From: an uncultured Pseudomonadota bacterium
GTDB taxonomy: Bacteria > Oederibacteriota > Muellerivitia > Muellerivitales > Muellerivitaceae
DNA: 64,000 nucleotides
Direction: 5' to 3'
Assembly: GCA_963770835.1 (NCBI GenBank)
Contig: CAVYRH010000003.1
Span: 96,001-160,000, forward strand
Below are positions 50,340 through 61,272 of this stretch, in pieces. How positions within the stretch are numbered: the first letter of the stretch is position 1; each line of letters begins with the position of its first letter. Under the pieces are notes generated by a model, which was not told the DNA's origin, ran no database searches, and saw nothing but the letters and a program-made list of their open reading frames with translations. The position numbers and the translations under genes were made by a program.

Positions 50340-51329
50340 TTGGCACAGGCCGTTAGCCGCCGGATTACTTTGGAGGACCATCAGGAATGCCTCCGTCTTT
50401 TCGGGGAAAAAGATGAAACCCTGAAACTCTTGAGGGATTCCTTCGCGGTGACGCTGGTGGCCCGGGGGAACGAAATCATCCTTTCGGGGGAGCCCTTGGA
50501 GGTTTCCCATGCCAGCCAGGTGATCGAGCGGCTTCGAGCCCTGATGAAGAACGGGAACGAGGGTTACATTCCGTCGGGGGCGGTCCGAAAAATGGTCGCC
50601 GAGACCAAGGGAGGCAAAAAAGAGGAGGAGGAAGGGGAAATCCACGAGACGATCCTCATCTCCTCCCACAAAAAGCCTATTCACGCCCGCTCGGCCAACC
50701 AGCAAAAATACGTGGAGGCGATCCGGAACAGCGACATCGTCTTCGGCATCGGCCCGGCCGGCACGGGAAAGACCTACCTGGCCATGGCCATGGCGGTGGC
50801 CGCCTTGCGTGAGAGCGAGGTGGAGCGCATGATCCTGACCCGCCCGGCGGTCGAGGCGGGGGAGAAACTTGGGTTTTTGCCGGGGGATTTGCAGGAAAAG
50901 GTGGACCCCTACCTGCGCCCGCTTTATGACGCCCTTTACGACATGGTGGAATACGAGAAATTGCAGCGGCTTTTCCAACAGCGGGTGGTGGAAGTGGCGC
51001 CGCTGGCTTATATGCGGGGCCGGACCCTTTCCAACGCTTTCATCATCCTGGATGAGGCGCAAAACACCAGTCCGGAGCAGATGAAGATGTTCCTGACCCG
51101 CATGGGCACCAACTCCAAGATCGTGGTGACGGGGGACGTGACCCAGATCGACCTGCCCTTGGGAAAGAGTTCGGGACTCATCGAGGTCCAAAACATTCTC
51201 TCCAAGGTAAAGGGAGTTGAGTTCATCCTTTTCAGCCCCAAGGACGTAGTGCGTCACCGGTTGGTCCAGAATATCCTGGAGGCTTATCACGACCACGAAG
51301 CGGAAAAAAAGGCAAATAAAAAAATTTGA
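50340..51329 (+). CDS. phoH: PhoH-family ATPase
   Basis: GPAGTGKTYLA, TRPAVEAGEKLGFLPGD, MRGRT, LDEAQN. Confidence 0.93.
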   Translation: MAQAVSRRITLEDHQECLRLFGEKDETLKLLRDSFAVTLVARGNEIILSGEPLEVSHASQVIERLRALMKNGNEGYIPSGAVRKMVAETKGGKKEEEEGEIHETILISSHKKPIHARSANQQKYVEAIRNSDIVFGIGPAGTGKTYLAMAMAVAALRESEVERMILTRPAVEAGEKLGFLPGDLQEKVDPYLRPLYDALYDMVEYEKLQRLFQQRVVEVAPLAYMRGRTLSNAFIILDEAQNTSPEQMKMFLTRMGTNSKIVVTGDVTQIDLPLGKSSGLIEVQNILSKVKGVEFILFSPKDVVRHRLVQNILEAYHDHEAEKKANKKI

Positions 51330-51452
51330 ACCACCAAGGTCGCCAAGCTCACCAAGAAAAGCAAAAATCAAACATCGGATTTTCAGCATTTTAAGAATCT
51401 TTGCCTTCGGTCTTTCTTGGTGCCCTTGGTGTCTTGGTGGTGAAAAGGTGTT

Positions 51453-51908
51453 ATGAAACTCCTTCTGCGTTATAGCGTCAGCCCAAGGCCGGTCTCGCCC
51501 GCCTGGATCAAGCGGCTTTCGGCGCTCATTTTGAAAAACGTCAAAGGCATACCCTTCGAAAAGCGGGCCGAGCTTTCGGTTGTTTTGACGGGCGATGCGG
51601 AAGTCCGGAAATTAAACCGCCTGTACCGAAAGAAAGACAAAACCACGGACGTGCTTTCCTTTCCACTCTTGGAAGGCGTGGGTTTTTTGAAGGGGAAGCT
51701 GCGCACGGTTGCCTTGGGGGACGTCGTCATCAGCGTGCCCCAAACCCGCCGCCAGGCCAGGGAGCAAGGCAAGGATTTTCATGGGGAATTGGCCCTATTG
51801 CTCGCTCATGGAATTCTCCACCTTTTAGGCTATGATCATGGGACAAAAGCTGAAGAAAAGAGAATGTTCAGCCTCCAAGACCGCCTTCTTAAAAGTTTTA
51901 AGTTCTAA
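51453..51908 (+). CDS. ybeY: rRNA maturation RNase YbeY
   Basis: TDVLSFP, HGILHLLGYDH. Confidence 0.95.
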   Translation: MKLLLRYSVSPRPVSPAWIKRLSALILKNVKGIPFEKRAELSVVLTGDAEVRKLNRLYRKKDKTTDVLSFPLLEGVGFLKGKLRTVALGDVVISVPQTRRQAREQGKDFHGELALLLAHGILHLLGYDHGTKAEEKRMFSLQDRLLKSFKF

Positions 51909-52087
51909 ATTTTAAATTATAAGTTTTGGAAGTTTTTGAACTGGCGGTTCATGCCGATCTTCTGAAAAAACAGACTTTAAAGAGATCGGTATAGTCCCAC
52001 AATTCATTAACATCTTTAATGAGTTGTGGGACAAAAACTCACCTTAACTCAAAACTCAGGTCTCAAAACTAAGAACTAAGGATTTTT

Positions 52088-53506
52088 TTGGATACTTACC
52101 TTTTATCCCATTTGATCATTTTGGGAACCCTCGTGCTGACCTCCATGTTTTTCTCGGCGGTGGAAACCAGCCTGCTTTCCTACCCCCGGCTCCTACTCCA
52201 GCGGCGGGCCCAGGAAGGCGGCCTTTTGGGCGCGGCCTTCAAGGAGTGGCTGGACCATCCCAATCGCGTCCTGACGACCATCCTGATCGGCAACAATACG
52301 GTCAACATCACCGCCACGACCCTTGTTGCCTATATGGCCATTGCGTTCGCTGATATCCACCATTTCAGCCGGGCGATGGCGGGAACCGTGGCCTCCGCCT
52401 CGGTCATTTTCATCCTCGTGGTCTTCGGGGAGGCCATCCCGAAGGTCACCGCCCGCAGTCATTCCACCCTGATGGGCAATTGGCTCATCATTCCGATTTA
52501 CCTTTTCGACCGCCTTTTAACCCCTATTACATGGGCTTTCGGCAAATTCGTATCCCTGATGCTGCCCCGGTTGGGCCAGGCTTCCATGGTCCAGGTCACG
52601 GAAGAGGACGTCAAACAGCTCATCGAAATGGGGCACAAGGCCGGCACCATCCAGGACGAGGAACAGAAGATGATCCATTCCATCTTCAAGTTCTCCGATA
52701 CCCAGGTGAGGCAGGTCATGATTCCCCGGACCGAAATGTTTTGCGTTGATATTGCCACCCCCTTCGACAACCTGCTGGACCAGATAGTCCAAAACGGCTA
52801 TTCCCGTGTGCCGGTTTACAAGGGAAGCATGGATAAGGTCGTGGGAATCGTCCATACCCGGGACCTGCTTTCCATTTGGAAGAACCATGAGCTGATCGTG
52901 ATCCAGGACCTTTTGCGGAAGCCTTATTTCGTGCCGGAAACCATGCGGGTGGACGTCCTTTTGAGGGAATTCCGGAGGGGCCGGTTCCACATCGCCATCG
53001 TGGTGGATGAATACGGCGGGACGGCGGGCTTGGTGACGATGGAGGACCTGGTGGAGGAGATCGTCGGCGAAATCAAGGACGAGCATGAGGCGGAGGAGGA
53101 AAAGGCCATCGCCAAGCAGGCGGACGGCTCCTGGGTGATCGAGGCCGACGTGGCATTGGATGAAGTCAACGAAGCCATGGGAATCCATCTTTCCCCCAAG
53201 GGGGAAGTGGCCAGCCTAGGCGGTTACTTGATCGAGGTGTCCGGGAAACTGCCCCGCAAGAACCGCGTGATTGAGGACAGGGAAGCGTCTTTCAAGATAT
53301 TGGACGCCAGTGAAACCAACGTGATCAAAGTGAGGGCCGTCAAACGAAGGACGCCTTTGATTCCACCGCCTGCCGAAGCAGCGCCGGTTGTTTCAAAACC
53401 CCGCAGAAAAAAAACGAAATCAGCGCCTGTTGAGGCTCCGGTGGCGGGGCTGTCTGCCGACTCTCCCGCGGAAACAACCGATGCCAATGTGGAGAAACCG
53501 TCGTGA
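52088..53506 (+). CDS. Hemolysin-family CNNM/CBS-domain protein (TlyC/CorC-like)
   Basis: [35 protein letters not shown]. Confidence 0.9.
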   Translation: MDTYLLSHLIILGTLVLTSMFFSAVETSLLSYPRLLLQRRAQEGGLLGAAFKEWLDHPNRVLTTILIGNNTVNITATTLVAYMAIAFADIHHFSRAMAGTVASASVIFILVVFGEAIPKVTARSHSTLMGNWLIIPIYLFDRLLTPITWAFGKFVSLMLPRLGQASMVQVTEEDVKQLIEMGHKAGTIQDEEQKMIHSIFKFSDTQVRQVMIPRTEMFCVDIATPFDNLLDQIVQNGYSRVPVYKGSMDKVVGIVHTRDLLSIWKNHELIVIQDLLRKPYFVPETMRVDVLLREFRRGRFHIAIVVDEYGGTAGLVTMEDLVEEIVGEIKDEHEAEEEKAIAKQADGSWVIEADVALDEVNEAMGIHLSPKGEVASLGGYLIEVSGKLPRKNRVIEDREASFKILDASETNVIKVRAVKRRTPLIPPPAEAAPVVSKPRRKKTKSAPVEAPVAGLSADSPAETTDANVEKPS

Positions 53507-54267
53507 GTTACCTGGACTGCCACAATCACACCGCCGAATGGTCGGACGGGCGCCAAAGCATTGAGGAAATCCTGCAAAGGGCCAAGGAAGAAGGCGTTCG
53601 GGTGGGGCTGTCCGACCATACGGGTATGGGGGAGTACCTTAACTCCAACGACCGGTTGTTGGCCTATGCCGACTTCCTTTCCCAGTACCCGGTGGCCAGG
53701 GGATTTGAAATGGACCTGGGCCGGAGTTTCATGGTCCAAGAAGAAGTCCGACGCAAGTTCGACTACATGATCGGGAGCATTCATGGCCTCGAACTTCACG
53801 GGATGCGTATCGGTTTCAGCCCCCTGATCAAATACCTTAAGGGCGGCCTGCCGGATTACAACCCAAGCCAGCAGATCAAGGACTGGGACCTTTTCTTCAA
53901 GACCCATTTGGAAGTCCTGAAAAAGGAGTTCAGCGGGCAAAATTACTCCATCCTGGGCCATTGCACCATGCTGCCGCCCTTAGCCTTGGGGAAACCAGAG
54001 GAACATTTTCCTGAATGGTGGGAAGAAGAGTTGATTAACACCCTCCTGATGTATAACGTCGCAATGGAGATTTCCAACCGATGGCTGACGCCCTATGACC
54101 GGCTTATGAAGAAGGCGGTGGACGCTGGAGTGAAATTTTCGGTCGGCTCCGACGGCCACGACCCCCTGAAGACTTGTGTGCTGGATTTTCCCAAGGAAAT
54201 GATCAAGAAGTTCGGGGTGGGGGAAGAACGAATTTTCGATATCGCCCGTAAACTCGAGGCGGCATGA
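53503..54267 (+). CDS. PHP-domain phosphoesterase
   Basis: DCHNHT, SDH, GSIH, GSDGH. Confidence 0.85.
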   Translation: MSYLDCHNHTAEWSDGRQSIEEILQRAKEEGVRVGLSDHTGMGEYLNSNDRLLAYADFLSQYPVARGFEMDLGRSFMVQEEVRRKFDYMIGSIHGLELHGMRIGFSPLIKYLKGGLPDYNPSQQIKDWDLFFKTHLEVLKKEFSGQNYSILGHCTMLPPLALGKPEEHFPEWWEEELINTLLMYNVAMEISNRWLTPYDRLMKKAVDAGVKFSVGSDGHDPLKTCVLDFPKEMIKKFGVGEERIFDIARKLEAA

Positions 54268-55172
54268 GCGATTTGATTTGCGGCTCCGTAGCTATCCTGG
54301 GCCGGCCCAACGTAGGCAAATCCACCTTCCTCAACTCAGTCCTGAAGCAAAAAATCGCCATCGTTTCGCCCCGGCCCCAGACTACCCGCGGCTCCATGGC
54401 GGGTATTTTCCAGGACCCGATATCCCAGATCGTCCTTTACGACACGCCGGGTATCCACCAGCCGAAGAACAAACTGTCCCATTTCATGCTCCATGAGGTG
54501 GAGGATGTTTTGGAGGGGTCCGACGCGGCCCTTTTTCTCGTGGACGCCAAGGACGGCCTGATGGAAGAAGATTACCTGGTGGCCGAATGGCTGAAAAAAT
54601 TCAAGAATCCCGTGCTTTGCCTGCTTAATAAAATCGACCAGGTGCCTGAAGGCCGAGTCCAGGAACTCTCCGGAAAGATTAAGGCGGAAATAGGGAAGGA
54701 CTGGCTTTTGTTCAGGACTTCCGCATTGACCAGAAAAGGACTTCCTGAAGTCATCGCCCAACTCCAAAAATTCCTGCCCCGCCAGCCTCCCCTTTTTCCG
54801 GAAGAAGACCTGACGAATAAAACGATGAGGGAATTGGCCGCTGAGATGGTGAGGGAACAATGTTTTCTCCAGCTAAAACAGGAAATCCCCTACGGTGTTG
54901 CGGTGGTCATCGAGAAATTCGAGGAAAAAGAATGGCCCCAACCGGTGGTCATCCAAGCCACAATTTACGTGGAAAAGGACAGCCAGAAGGGTATCCTGAT
55001 CGGCGCCAAGGGGCAACAACTCAAGGCCATTGGCTCCGCCGCCCGGCAGGAAATCGAAAAGCTCCTCGACCAAAAGGTCTTCCTCGAACTCTGGATAAAG
55101 GTATTGAAGGACTGGCGCAAGGACGAAAAGTTTTTGAACCAGTTGGGCTACCCGGTGCAAAAGAAAAAATGA
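54264..55172 (+). CDS. era: GTPase Era
   Basis: [29 protein letters not shown]. Confidence 0.96.
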   Translation: MSDLICGSVAILGRPNVGKSTFLNSVLKQKIAIVSPRPQTTRGSMAGIFQDPISQIVLYDTPGIHQPKNKLSHFMLHEVEDVLEGSDAALFLVDAKDGLMEEDYLVAEWLKKFKNPVLCLLNKIDQVPEGRVQELSGKIKAEIGKDWLLFRTSALTRKGLPEVIAQLQKFLPRQPPLFPEEDLTNKTMRELAAEMVREQCFLQLKQEIPYGVAVVIEKFEEKEWPQPVVIQATIYVEKDSQKGILIGAKGQQLKAIGSAARQEIEKLLDQKVFLELWIKVLKDWRKDEKFLNQLGYPVQKKK

Positions 55173-56227
55173 AACATAAACACATTAAAACCAAAATCGT
55201 CTGTACCATCGGGCCCGCGTCGCGGTCGGAGCAGAAGCTCGCCGAACTCATGCGGGCGGGCATGGGAATGGCCCGGCTCAATTTCGCCCACGGCACCCTG
55301 TGGCAGCATGCCGCGGACATAAAGCATATCCGCGAAGTTGCGGCCCAAGAGGGTCTGGAGTGCCCCATCCTCATCGACCTGCCTGGCCCAAAAATCCGCG
55401 TGGGCAAACTTAAACACGAGCCCTTAGATTTGCGGAAGGGCCATGTCGTCTGGCTGAACGGCCGGAAGCTTATGGGGGTTTTCCACGACAGCATTCCAGT
55501 GGATTATCCCCAATTGTCCCAAAGCGTCAAAAAGGGGTCCCTTATTTATTTGAATGATGGTTTCATCCAGATGCGGGTGGATGAAATCCGTCATTCCGCC
55601 GTGAAATGCGAGGTTTTGGTGGGTGGAAGCCTCCTTTCATATAAGGGCTTAAACATTCCGGACGGCAAACTTATGGTAGAACCGGTTACCGCCGAAGATC
55701 TTCGCTTTGTGGATTTCGGCATGGAACACGGAATTGATCTCTTTGGGGTTTCCTTCATTGAGAGGGCCGAGGATATTTTGAAGGTCAAAGCCTATGCCCG
55801 TGAAAAGGGAAAGAAAATCCACACCGTCGCCAAGATCGAGCGGGCCGAGGCCGTCCAAAATTTGGACCGGATTCTCAAGGTCACCGACATGGTCATGGTG
55901 GCGAGGGGCGACCTAGGGGTCCAAATTCCACTGGAGGAAGTGCCCTTGGTGCAAAAAAAGATCATTCGAAAGGGCCTTCAAAGGGGCGTTCCCGTTATCA
56001 CCGCCACCCAGATGCTGGAATCCATGGTCCACAACGTCCGGCCAACCCGGGCCGAAGTGAGCGACGTGGCCAACGCCATCCTGGACGGGACCACGGCCGT
56101 CATGCTTTCGGAGGAAACCGCCATCGGGGAATACCCCGTGGAAACCGTTGAAATAATGGCTAAAATCGCCGCGACCGTCGAGCCATCCATGGCCGGAAAG
56201 AGACACGCCCAATCGCACCTTTTGTGA
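55169..56227 (+). CDS. pyk: Pyruvate kinase (352 aa, no C-terminal domain)
   Basis: [45 protein letters not shown]. Confidence 0.93.
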   Translation: MKHKHIKTKIVCTIGPASRSEQKLAELMRAGMGMARLNFAHGTLWQHAADIKHIREVAAQEGLECPILIDLPGPKIRVGKLKHEPLDLRKGHVVWLNGRKLMGVFHDSIPVDYPQLSQSVKKGSLIYLNDGFIQMRVDEIRHSAVKCEVLVGGSLLSYKGLNIPDGKLMVEPVTAEDLRFVDFGMEHGIDLFGVSFIERAEDILKVKAYAREKGKKIHTVAKIERAEAVQNLDRILKVTDMVMVARGDLGVQIPLEEVPLVQKKIIRKGLQRGVPVITATQMLESMVHNVRPTRAEVSDVANAILDGTTAVMLSEETAIGEYPVETVEIMAKIAATVEPSMAGKRHAQSHLL

Positions 56228-56344
56228 CATTAATCATATTTAGTATTTAACGAATAGTTTAATAATTGTTGTCAAGAGCATGATTGACGGAACCTTTTTC
56301 GTCCCGGCGCCTGACAGCCCCTCTCCGTCCTTCATGGAACCACC

Positions 56345-58744
56345 ATGATTCAAAGGGGCCCAATGAACGATCCAATCACAAATGATCTTGAAGAACCATC
56401 CCTCATCGACTTAAAGACCGACATTATCAAAGCCCTCACCCACACCGACTCGAATTTCCGGGCCCTCGTTGAATTGCTGCCGGTTAGTATCATGATTGAA
56501 CGGGGCGGGAAGATCATTTACGTCAATCCCAGCTGGCTTAGATTGGCCGGTTGTGAGCGTCCGGAAGAGCTTATCGGTGAATCCCCACTTCAATTGGTTC
56601 ACCCGGATTTTCATGAACTGATCAAGCGAAGAATTGCCAGGGTCCTGAACGGTGATCCCGGGGCTACGAGTGTCGAATTGGTGATAGTCGGAAAGGACGG
56701 ACGGGCTGTGCCCATTGAGGCGGAGGAAGTCGGGGTTATTTATAGGGGCATACCGGCGATCATGGTGGTGGCCAAGGACATTTCCATCCGTAGAAAAGCG
56801 CAGGATGCCCTGCAACAATCCGAGGAAAACCTGAAAGCGATCCTGGAACTAATGCCCGATGCGGTTGCGGTGGAGTACCCGAATCAAATCCTCTTTGTAA
56901 ACCAAAATTTAATTCAAATGCTTGGATATGAAAAAAGTGATGAATTAATCGGGAAACCACCATTGGTTAAGGTCCATCCCGATTACCGCTCCATCCTTTC
57001 TGAAAGAATCGGCCAAGTTTATGAGCGGGAAGGGAAGAATTTTCTCCGTGAGTATAAATGGCTTAAGAAAGACGGCAGTACCATCGATGTTGAAGTATCA
57101 AGTGTTTCCATAACATTTAGGGGCCAAAAGGCCGTTATCGCGATCGGAAGGGATATTTCGGAACGAAAGAAGTCACAAGAAGAATTAAGGGAAAGCCATT
57201 TCCTCCTCGAAAGCGCCCAACGAGCTGGCCATGTCGGAACTTGGGTCGCGGAACTTAAAAAGGGTGGCAAGGCTATTTGGTCCGAAGAGTGTTGCGAAAT
57301 TTTTGGTATTGATCCGGCGAAGTTTGATGGCCGAACAGAAAGCTTTTTTTCCAGGGTTCACCCGGATGACATTGAAGCACTTGAGAAAAACAACACTAAA
57401 GCCATTCATGAAGGGAAAGGTTTTGACCTGGATTTCCGCGTTGTGCGCCCTGACGGAGATGTGCGATGGGTGCGCAGTAGGTGCGAAGTCATTCGCGACG
57501 CGGATGGTATCCCCATCAAACTGATCGGCACGACGCAGGATATCACTGAACGTAAGGAAGCGGAGGAATTACGGAGCAAAACGGAGCGGCAAGCCCTTCT
57601 CAATGACAAGTTAGCTACGGTGGGGACGTTAGCCGCGGGTGTTGCCCATGAAATCAATAATCCCCTGACCTTCGTGATCGCCAACCTTGTTGCGGTTAAA
57701 GAGCAGCTGGGTGAATTAAGGAACCACTTAATCCGAAAAGACCAGATGGATTCAACGGCCTTCCATCTTTTGAACGAACTGGAGGATGAAACCAAGGAAA
57801 CCGACGGCGGAATCGGAAGAATCCGAGATATCGCCCGAAGCTTGAGAACTTTCATGCATTCGGGTGGTGACGGAGCAGCCGAAGTTAACGTCAATCAACT
57901 GATGGATTCGTCGATCAATATGGTTTTTCACGAGATTAAGTACAAAGCGAAGCTGGAGAAAGCTTACGACGTGAAATCGCCCCTTGTGAAGGTCAATCCG
58001 GGCAAACTTCAGCAGGTCCTCATCAACCTGCTCATGAACGCGGCCCAGGCTATTGAATCCAATCAACTGGAACGCAACCGAATCCGCATTAGGACGGGGA
58101 AAAAAGACGAAAACGTTTTTGTGGAAATCCAGGATACGGGCCAGGGGATTCCGGAAAAAAACCTCAAGAAGATTTTCGATCCTTTTTTCACGACCAAGCC
58201 GGTAGGCGTCGGGACGGGATTAGGCCTCTCGATTTGCCACCAAATCATCCATGAATTTGGGGGTCAAATCCTGGTTCAAAGCCCAGTGGGTCAGGGCAGC
58301 ACTTTCACCATTCTTTTACCGTCCGTGAAAGAAAACGGGCCCGTTCAGGGCCCGGAGATCGTGGCAACGCCTCCAAAAGTCCATAAAAAGATCCTGGTGG
58401 TAGATGATGAACCCGCGAATGTCGACACTTTCGGCCGGATGTTGAAAAAACAACATGAGGTTTTTTTCGCTCTTTCGGGACTGGACGCCCTGGGCATCCT
58501 GGAAAGAGAAAAGCCTGGATTCGATGCCATTATCAGTGACATCAACATGGCGGACATGGACGGGATCGACCTCTATAAAAACATTTGCCTGAAATATCCC
58601 GGTTTGGAAAAACGCATAGTCTTCGTGACGGGTGGCATTTTTACCACAAGAGCAAGGGATTTCCTAAAGTCCATGCCCAATCCGCTGCTTGAAAAACCCT
58701 TTGCTTCCAAAGAGCTTTTAACCGCCATTTCCAAGCTGGGTTAA
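56345..58744 (+). CDS. PAS-domain hybrid histidine kinase with receiver domain
   Basis: Three PAS/PAC regions, AHEINNPL, DTGQGI, FFTTK..GTGLGL, ILVVDDE. Confidence 0.93.
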   Translation: MIQRGPMNDPITNDLEEPSLIDLKTDIIKALTHTDSNFRALVELLPVSIMIERGGKIIYVNPSWLRLAGCERPEELIGESPLQLVHPDFHELIKRRIARVLNGDPGATSVELVIVGKDGRAVPIEAEEVGVIYRGIPAIMVVAKDISIRRKAQDALQQSEENLKAILELMPDAVAVEYPNQILFVNQNLIQMLGYEKSDELIGKPPLVKVHPDYRSILSERIGQVYEREGKNFLREYKWLKKDGSTIDVEVSSVSITFRGQKAVIAIGRDISERKKSQEELRESHFLLESAQRAGHVGTWVAELKKGGKAIWSEECCEIFGIDPAKFDGRTESFFSRVHPDDIEALEKNNTKAIHEGKGFDLDFRVVRPDGDVRWVRSRCEVIRDADGIPIKLIGTTQDITERKEAEELRSKTERQALLNDKLATVGTLAAGVAHEINNPLTFVIANLVAVKEQLGELRNHLIRKDQMDSTAFHLLNELEDETKETDGGIGRIRDIARSLRTFMHSGGDGAAEVNVNQLMDSSINMVFHEIKYKAKLEKAYDVKSPLVKVNPGKLQQVLINLLMNAAQAIESNQLERNRIRIRTGKKDENVFVEIQDTGQGIPEKNLKKIFDPFFTTKPVGVGTGLGLSICHQIIHEFGGQILVQSPVGQGSTFTILLPSVKENGPVQGPEIVATPPKVHKKILVVDDEPANVDTFGRMLKKQHEVFFALSGLDALGILEREKPGFDAIISDINMADMDGIDLYKNICLKYPGLEKRIVFVTGGIFTTRARDFLKSMPNPLLEKPFASKELLTAISKLG

Positions 58745-58846
58745 AGCTACTCGATTTCTCTTTTTCCGATCCCTTTCCCTCGAAGTGATGGAAATGGCCT
58801 GACGAATCACCTATAAGGTGTTATCCCATGTCAGGAGAGTAAGAGA

Positions 58847-59194
58847 ATGAAAATCACCGTCTACCAAAAACCCACCTGCACCACCTGCCGGCAGGTTTAC
58901 CAGGCCCTTAAGGAAAGCGGCGTGGAAATGGAAGCTGTAAATTATTACATCGAGCCGTTGTCCGAAGCGAAATTGAAAGAATTGGTCAAAAAGATGGGAA
59001 TCAAGGCTTCGGAGCTGTTCCGCAAAAAGGAAGAAATTTATAAAAAGCTAAAGCTGGCCGAGAAAGAGGTTTCTGACGATGAGGCCATCCAGCTCATGGT
59101 CAAGCACCCCGATCTAATGCAAAGGCCCATTGTGGAAAAAGGAAGCAAGGCCATCCTGGCCCGCCCCGCCGAAAAGCTAAAGGAAATTCTGTAA
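58847..59194 (+). CDS. ArsC/Spx-family protein
   Basis: CTTCR, HPDLMQRPIV, ARP. Confidence 0.88.
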   Translation: MKITVYQKPTCTTCRQVYQALKESGVEMEAVNYYIEPLSEAKLKELVKKMGIKASELFRKKEEIYKKLKLAEKEVSDDEAIQLMVKHPDLMQRPIVEKGSKAILARPAEKLKEIL

Positions 59195-59299
59195 TTAAAC
59201 CTTATCCACGGTGGCGACCTAATTCATGGACAGCATGACCGGTACCCCGCTTTTTTTGAAGGCCGCCGTTATAATGGGCGTCCTTTACTGGAGGAACCC

Positions 59300-60148
59300 T
59301 TGAATCCTTATTTTTTGATAGGCCTTGCGGCGGCGGGGTTATTCGTCTGGACGGTGGGAGTCTACAGTTTTTCCCGCATCAGCCGTTCCCAGAAAGCCCA
59401 TAGGCCAATCAAGGACGTCCAGCCTGCCCTGCGGCTGGCCGAGCAATGGATGGCCGAAGCCCAAAAGAAAATGGAACATTTCGCCCAAACGGCGGAACAG
59501 CCGTTGGGGACGGCCCAAAACGAGCTTTTGGAACTGCGCCTGGAGGCAGGCCGCCTGCCCCAAGGTATCAAAAACCTGAAACTGGTGCGGGAATCCCTCG
59601 ATGTGTCTTTTAAGCCCACTGATTTGAAAAAAAGGCTGCCGGACATTGTGGGAATTTACCTGGACCCAGGGGACTTCCGGGTTGAGGAGCCTACCCTTGT
59701 TTCTTTGAAAACCCCCTTGGGAGAGATGCCCTGCCTGGAAGTTGAGGTTGGGGAAGCCCTTTCGGACGAACGGATGAAGATGGCTTTAGCCCGGCTTAAC
59801 AAGGCCCTGAACCAAAACCCGGCGACGGGGGGATTCCTTTATTTTTCCAACCCCGGCCATTACACGGCCTGCCTTCAAAACTCCCAATGGATGGAAGGCC
59901 TCAAATCCCTCCGGCTAATGGTGGTTAATTTCGAGGGGCTGATGGCCTTGCTTTCTTCACTGCGGTTAGCCAAGGACGCGGACCAGGTTATCCAAGTATT
60001 CGGGGAAGGGGTTGCATCCACCCGCGGCTTAACGGGACAATCGGACAAGATGGAGGAAGCCCTCTCCCGGTTGACCGGCCATGCCCTGAAAATCCGGACG
60101 GTGATGGAGGGTAGCACGCCGGACGTTTTAGCGAAATCCAAGGAGTAA
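59300..60148 (+). CDS. Hypothetical membrane-anchored protein
   Basis: N-terminal TM helix, helical body, GGAGG RBS. Confidence 0.6.
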   Translation: MNPYFLIGLAAAGLFVWTVGVYSFSRISRSQKAHRPIKDVQPALRLAEQWMAEAQKKMEHFAQTAEQPLGTAQNELLELRLEAGRLPQGIKNLKLVRESLDVSFKPTDLKKRLPDIVGIYLDPGDFRVEEPTLVSLKTPLGEMPCLEVEVGEALSDERMKMALARLNKALNQNPATGGFLYFSNPGHYTACLQNSQWMEGLKSLRLMVVNFEGLMALLSSLRLAKDADQVIQVFGEGVASTRGLTGQSDKMEEALSRLTGHALKIRTVMEGSTPDVLAKSKE

Positions 60149-60151
60149 GCC

Positions 60152-60529
60152 GTGAGCCTGAAAGACTGGCTGACGAAGAACATTTATGTCACGACTCCCG
60201 GTAATCCCGATCCCTTTTTCAGGCCCCGGAAATACGCCAAATCCAAGGAAGAAGTGGCCGAGGTGGTTCAAGAGGTCCTGGGGTCGTTGACCCGTTGGAA
60301 GGTGGTGGAATACCGCGAGAACCAGGGGCGCATCCATGCCACCCATGCCACTCTCTTGCGGTTCGTGGACGACGTGAACATTTACGTGGTCCAAGGGTTG
60401 GACGGCACCACCAAGTTGGAAATCATTTCCCAATCCCGCGTCGGCAAGGGTGACTTGGGCCAGAACAAGCGCAACATCCGGGAACTGCTTTCGGCTCTGG
60501 ATGCCAAGTTGCCACCTTCCGCTTCTTGA
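60152..60529 (+). CDS. DUF1499-domain protein
   Basis: LLRFVDDV, SQSRVGKGDLGQN..NI. Confidence 0.8.
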   Translation: MSLKDWLTKNIYVTTPGNPDPFFRPRKYAKSKEEVAEVVQEVLGSLTRWKVVEYRENQGRIHATHATLLRFVDDVNIYVVQGLDGTTKLEIISQSRVGKGDLGQNKRNIRELLSALDAKLPPSAS

Positions 60530-60554
60530 CAGTTCCAAACGAATAACGTATAGT
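60526..60554 (+). promoter_or_regulatory. Sigma70 promoter of the pyr operon
   Basis: TTGACA-17 bp-TATAGT. Confidence 0.75.
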
Positions 60555-60570
60555 TCCTTCAGTTGTTCGA

Positions 60571-60688
60571 CCTTTAATCGGAGTCCCGAGAGGCTCCCAA
60601 GGATCAAACGATGCAATACGTTTGCGCGCTAACAAATGAAACCTTCATATCCCGAACACCTGGAAAAGGTGATTCGGGATTTTTTTTG
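60571..60688 (+). promoter_or_regulatory. PyrR-binding loop and attenuator terminator
   Basis: CCTTTAATCGGAGTCCCGAGAGGCTCCCAAGG fits CUUUAA..ARUCCNGNGAGGYU; terminator ATCCCGAA...TTCGGGAT-T8 at ~60649-60688. Confidence 0.85.
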
Positions 60689-60723
60689 TCACCAGCTTCT
60701 AACTCGATTTTCGGAGGTGGTTT

Positions 60724-61272
60724 GTGCCTCCAAAAATAAAAGCCGTCATCATGGAATCCCGGGACATGGACCGGGCCCTTACCCGGATCGCCCACGAAAT
60801 CCTTGAACGCAACAAAGGCCTCGAGGACCTGGTTTTGGTAGGTATCAAGACCCGCGGGGATGTCCTGGCCGAACGATTGGCCGCCAAAATCAAGAATATT
60901 GAGGGTTCCGAGGTCCCCTTTGGGGCCATGGATATCACTTTCTACCGCGACGACGCGGGAACCCATAAGCCCGAAAAGGCGCCCACTCCCACAAAACTCC
61001 CTTTCGACGTGAACAAGAAAAAGGTCATCCTGGTGGATGACGTTCTCTATACCGGGCGTTCGGCGCGGGCCGCGATCGACCAAATCATCGATTTTGGGCG
61101 CCCCACCTTTATCCGGTACGCCGTCCTGATCGACCGCGGCCACCGGGAATTCCCCATCCACGCTGATTACGTCGGCAAAAACATCCCCTCGTCGATGAAG
61201 GAGCAGGTTCTCGTGCACGTAAAGGAAAGCGACGGCAAGGACGAAGTCGTCATCGCGGAGGCGGAATCGTGA
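60724..61272 (+). CDS. pyrR: Pyrimidine operon attenuation protein / uracil PRTase
   Basis: [35 protein letters not shown]. Confidence 0.96.
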   Translation: MPPKIKAVIMESRDMDRALTRIAHEILERNKGLEDLVLVGIKTRGDVLAERLAAKIKNIEGSEVPFGAMDITFYRDDAGTHKPEKAPTPTKLPFDVNKKKVILVDDVLYTGRSARAAIDQIIDFGRPTFIRYAVLIDRGHREFPIHADYVGKNIPSSMKEQVLVHVKESDGKDEVVIAEAES

